Below are positions 32,650 to 35,422 of a DNA stretch of 35,422 bases, piece by piece. The first letter of the stretch is position 1, and each line of letters begins with the position of its first letter. Location of the stretch: NCBI GenBank assembly GCA_030150315.1, contig JASLGB010000242.1:1-35422 (forward strand). The letters are read 5' to 3'. Source of the stretch: Dokdonella sp. (GTDB taxonomy: Bacteria > Pseudomonadota > Gammaproteobacteria > Xanthomonadales > Rhodanobacteraceae). Both the position numbers and the translations under genes were made by a program. The notes beneath the pieces were generated by a model. The model saw only the letters and a list, made by a program, of their open reading frames with translations. It was not told the DNA's origin and searched no databases.

Positions 32650-35052
32650 TCATGGCAGCTGCTCCCCGCGCCAGTCCATCAGTGCGTTTCGCCACGCAGA
32701 GATGCAGTCGCCGAGCCATGCGGATTCGCTCTGCGCGGGCGGCTGGTCGCCGCCGAGGAAGAGAACGCCCCTCGGCCCCTCGATTCCAGCGACGCCCATG
32801 TAGCGCTTCCGCTCGCCGGCAACCGCGTGCTTGCGGGTGAGCGCGTTGGCGAACTTCGGCATCGGCGCCGGCTTGACACCGATGTCGGCGCAGTAGTGCT
32901 TGTACGCGACGTAAACGTCACTGGTGAGAGCCGGCGTCAGCGGCAAGCTCCCGAGCTCTTTGTGAATCAGCGCGTAGTAGAACCGCGTCGGCGAGTCGCG
33001 CGCGAGGTCGACCAGCTCGGCCTTGGCATCGGTGTACGGCGGCTTCGTGTTTTCGTGGAAGTCGCCCAGGTCGAGGTGCAGAAGGTAGTCGTGCAGGGCC
33101 TCGATGCCGCCCGCTGAGATCTCTTCCGCGACGGCGCTATACACGTCGCCAAGCTGGCGGTCTGGCGTCCAGATGACAGCATGCCTGCGGTCGTCTTCCT
33201 CAAGCACAACGGGCATCGGCTCGTTGCTGAGGAACACCAGGTTCACATGGTTTCGCTCGTCGCGCGCCGCGACGTTCTTAGCGTTGATACGGATCCACGT
33301 CCCCGTGATCAGCGCCTTGAGCTTGTTCTTGATGTGGTACAGGTCAGAGCGCGCAACGACTTCGTCGGCGATCAGGAAAAGCCGTTTGGACGCCCAATCG
33401 TTGAACTTGTCTTCGATGCTGGACTGGTCGATCACGCGCCCGTACTGCCCATAGATCCCCATGACCGCTTCGAAGAACAGATTCTTTCCCGTGCCCTGCG
33501 GGCCGTGCAGCACGAGCGTCGTTCGCATCTTCGCGCCCGGGTGCTGGATCGGGTATGCGATCCAGCGAAGCACCCACTGGTAGAGCCGCTCCGGCTCGCG
33601 ATCGGCACTGCACATGTGCCGCAGCAGGTCGAGCAGCTTGTCGCAGCGCCCCGCTTTCGGCCGAGTCGGCCAGCCCGCCCACAGGTTGCAGGTGACGTTC
33701 GGATCCGTACCCGCGGGGTCGAAGTCAACTTCCGCCTCGCGCACGATCGCGCGGTCAGGATGCTCCATCCACGCCTTGTGGATGTCGCGCCGCAGACAGG
33801 CGCGCTGGATGTCAGCGATGTCGACAACGCGATGCTCGTCGCGGTCGAAGCACGCGCCGCTCATGCCGTAGATCAGCGCGTAACGTTCCAGCAGCTCATC
33901 GACGCCACCGATCGGGCGCAGCGCCTTGCCCACACCGCCCCCGCCCCCGCTTGGTGAGGATGAGGCGCGCGCGGTGGCGGACCAGCCAAGTTCCAGCAGG
34001 CGGGCTTCGACCTGCGCACGCACAACATGCCCGCCCTCGGCCGCGGCGAGATCGTTGAAGTCGGTCGGTTTGTTGCCGCGCTCGATGTAGCGCGCGCGGC
34101 GATACGCCTCATCAGCAAAGACCGGCCGCACAAAGGAGCCCCCGATAGCCACTGCCGCCGTGCTGGCCGCGGTGACACCGGCATTGACATAGCGATGCGG
34201 CTTTCCGCACGCCGGGCAGTCAACCGGCGAATCATCCAGTGCAATGCGCTGGCCGCAAGCCTTGTCCAGGCACTTGCCGAGGTTGTCGTTATCAGCGGCG
34301 ATCAGCCAGCGCACGCGCGGATAGCGCGCGCGCAGCTCCGCCGCTACGGCGCCGAGATTGTTTGCGGACCACGCGACGGCAACCGGGATCCCGCCGGACT
34401 CTTCGTGCAGCGTGGCGCCAGTCGCGTAGCCCTCGGCTATGATGCCGACCGTCGTCGGCGTGCCGCCGAGCAAGTGGAACGTGCCGCGCATTGCCAAGCC
34501 GCGCGGCCACATCTCTTTCGCAGGCCGGCGTCCAGCCGCGGCAGACTTCTCGGATCGGATGATCTGCAGCCCGCGTATCTGTCCGGCGCTGTTGAGCATC
34601 GGAATGACGAGCGCCCCGCTCGGCGAGAACCGCACGCCGTGCGCGCCGACACGCTTGCGCTTGAGGTACTCGCTTTCGCCGTCCGGCAGGCACTTCGCCC
34701 ATGCCGCCGCCGCTCGGGCGGCCGCGCGATCCGCTTCCGCCCTTCGCAGGCCTTCGGCGCGCTTCGAATCCTCCGCCAGGCGCTTGCGCAACGCAGCGCG
34801 CTGATCGGCATCGAAGGCATCGCGCCGGATCTCGATTTTCTGCGCGCCGTTGTCCGCGCCGTGCCACACGCCGAAACTGCCGATCAGCAGCATGTCGCCA
34901 TTTTGCGAAGCGACCTCATGCAGCGAATACCAGCCGCGCCGCTCGCGGTCGCCTTCGACGCGGCAGCGCACGAGCCGGCCAACCTCAATGTTGTCGACGA
35001 TCAGACCGGCATCGCGCAGCTGATCGAGCACCCCCTGCAGGTTCGATGCCAT
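32650..35052 (-). CDS. DNA primase-helicase (Toprim + SF3/D5-like NTPase)
   Basis: YLKRKRV, IAEGYATG, IAADND, TDFNDL, Walker A GPQGTGKN, LIADEV, VFLSNE, DDRR. Confidence 0.93.
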   Translation of the reverse strand: MASNLQGVLDQLRDAGLIVDNIEVGRLVRCRVEGDRERRGWYSLHEVASQNGDMLLIGSFGVWHGADNGAQKIEIRRDAFDADQRAALRKRLAEDSKRAEGLRRAEADRAAARAAAAWAKCLPDGESEYLKRKRVGAHGVRFSPSGALVIPMLNSAGQIRGLQIIRSEKSAAAGRRPAKEMWPRGLAMRGTFHLLGGTPTTVGIIAEGYATGATLHEESGGIPVAVAWSANNLGAVAAELRARYPRVRWLIAADNDNLGKCLDKACGQRIALDDSPVDCPACGKPHRYVNAGVTAASTAAVAIGGSFVRPVFADEAYRRARYIERGNKPTDFNDLAAAEGGHVVRAQVEARLLELGWSATARASSSPSGGGGGVGKALRPIGGVDELLERYALIYGMSGACFDRDEHRVVDIADIQRACLRRDIHKAWMEHPDRAIVREAEVDFDPAGTDPNVTCNLWAGWPTRPKAGRCDKLLDLLRHMCSADREPERLYQWVLRWIAYPIQHPGAKMRTTLVLHGPQGTGKNLFFEAVMGIYGQYGRVIDQSSIEDKFNDWASKRLFLIADEVVARSDLYHIKNKLKALITGTWIRINAKNVAARDERNHVNLVFLSNEPMPVVLEEDDRRHAVIWTPDRQLGDVYSAVAEEISAGGIEALHDYLLHLDLGDFHENTKPPYTDAKAELVDLARDSPTRFYYALIHKELGSLPLTPALTSDVYVAYKHYCADIGVKPAPMPKFANALTRKHAVAGERKRYMGVAGIEGPRGVLFLGGDQPPAQSESAWLGDCISAWRNALMDWRGEQLP

Positions 35053-35247
35053 TTCAGTAACTTTCGCCCCCGCTGACTACGCGGCAATCGCGGCCTCGGT
35101 ACCCGCGTGGGCAGCATCCAGGGAGGACCCAACCCTTGGCCCCCGACGACTCCCCGACCAAATGAAACGCAGCCGCACCAGCGCGGCGCGATGCCCTCTT
35201 CACCAGCCTCTGGGGGGGAGGGGCTGGATGCGTGCAGGCAATCCCGA

Positions 35248-35421
35248 TCACGGCAGCAGCCCCTTCTGCCGATCTGTCGGCAGCCTTGCCAATCCGGCCG
35301 CCGCCGCCGCCTGCTCCTGCTCGGTCGCCCCACAGGAAAGAATCCGCTCGATCTGTTCGATGCAAGGCAACTCAGGCCGCGGCGCACGCGCCATGCGGTA
35401 CCCGGCAATGCGGATGCCACG
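35248..35421 (-). CDS. 3' end of a phage gene (partial)
   Basis: Frame open from the window edge to TGA at 35248 (...EQIERILSCG...RQKGLLP*). Confidence 0.35.
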   Translation of the reverse strand, partial: RGIRIAGYRMARAPRPELPCIEQIERILSCGATEQEQAAAAAGLARLPTDRQKGLLP

Positions 35422-35422
35422 G

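Noticed and set aside
32246..32803. ORFs across the GTGCGGCAT repeats, or a CRISPR there
   Set aside because: The translations are low-complexity products of 9-bp repeats with no unique spacers.

Overview
The whole window is a high-GC temperate, lambda-like tailed phage, probably from a Xanthomonadales/Rhodanobacteraceae-type host. No host genes are visible. The + strand carries an early segment: HNH endonuclease, ssb, six small genes, a probable directionality factor and a large serine integrase. The - strand carries primase-helicase, an iteron/IHF origin candidate, terminase, Mor-like activator, portal, ClpP-capsid fusion, lysis genes, tail genes and a 4-gene accessory operon. The main finding is at 1049-2772: an array of six integron-type gene cassettes. 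There are five intact attC sites and one degenerate one, and each gene is bounded by its own matched GTTRRRY...RYYYAAC pair. No integron integrase is present in the window. All six genes are inverted relative to the attC polarity, so they read with the phage early operon, and the array ends at a distinct hairpin where an attI would be expected. Secondary findings include an HNH gene that appears to have captured the ssb start and left a recoded ssb N-terminus, a rearranged and fused tail hub protein, and a 273-bp duplication in the tape measure gene. All family calls come from motif recognition and recall; no searches were run.
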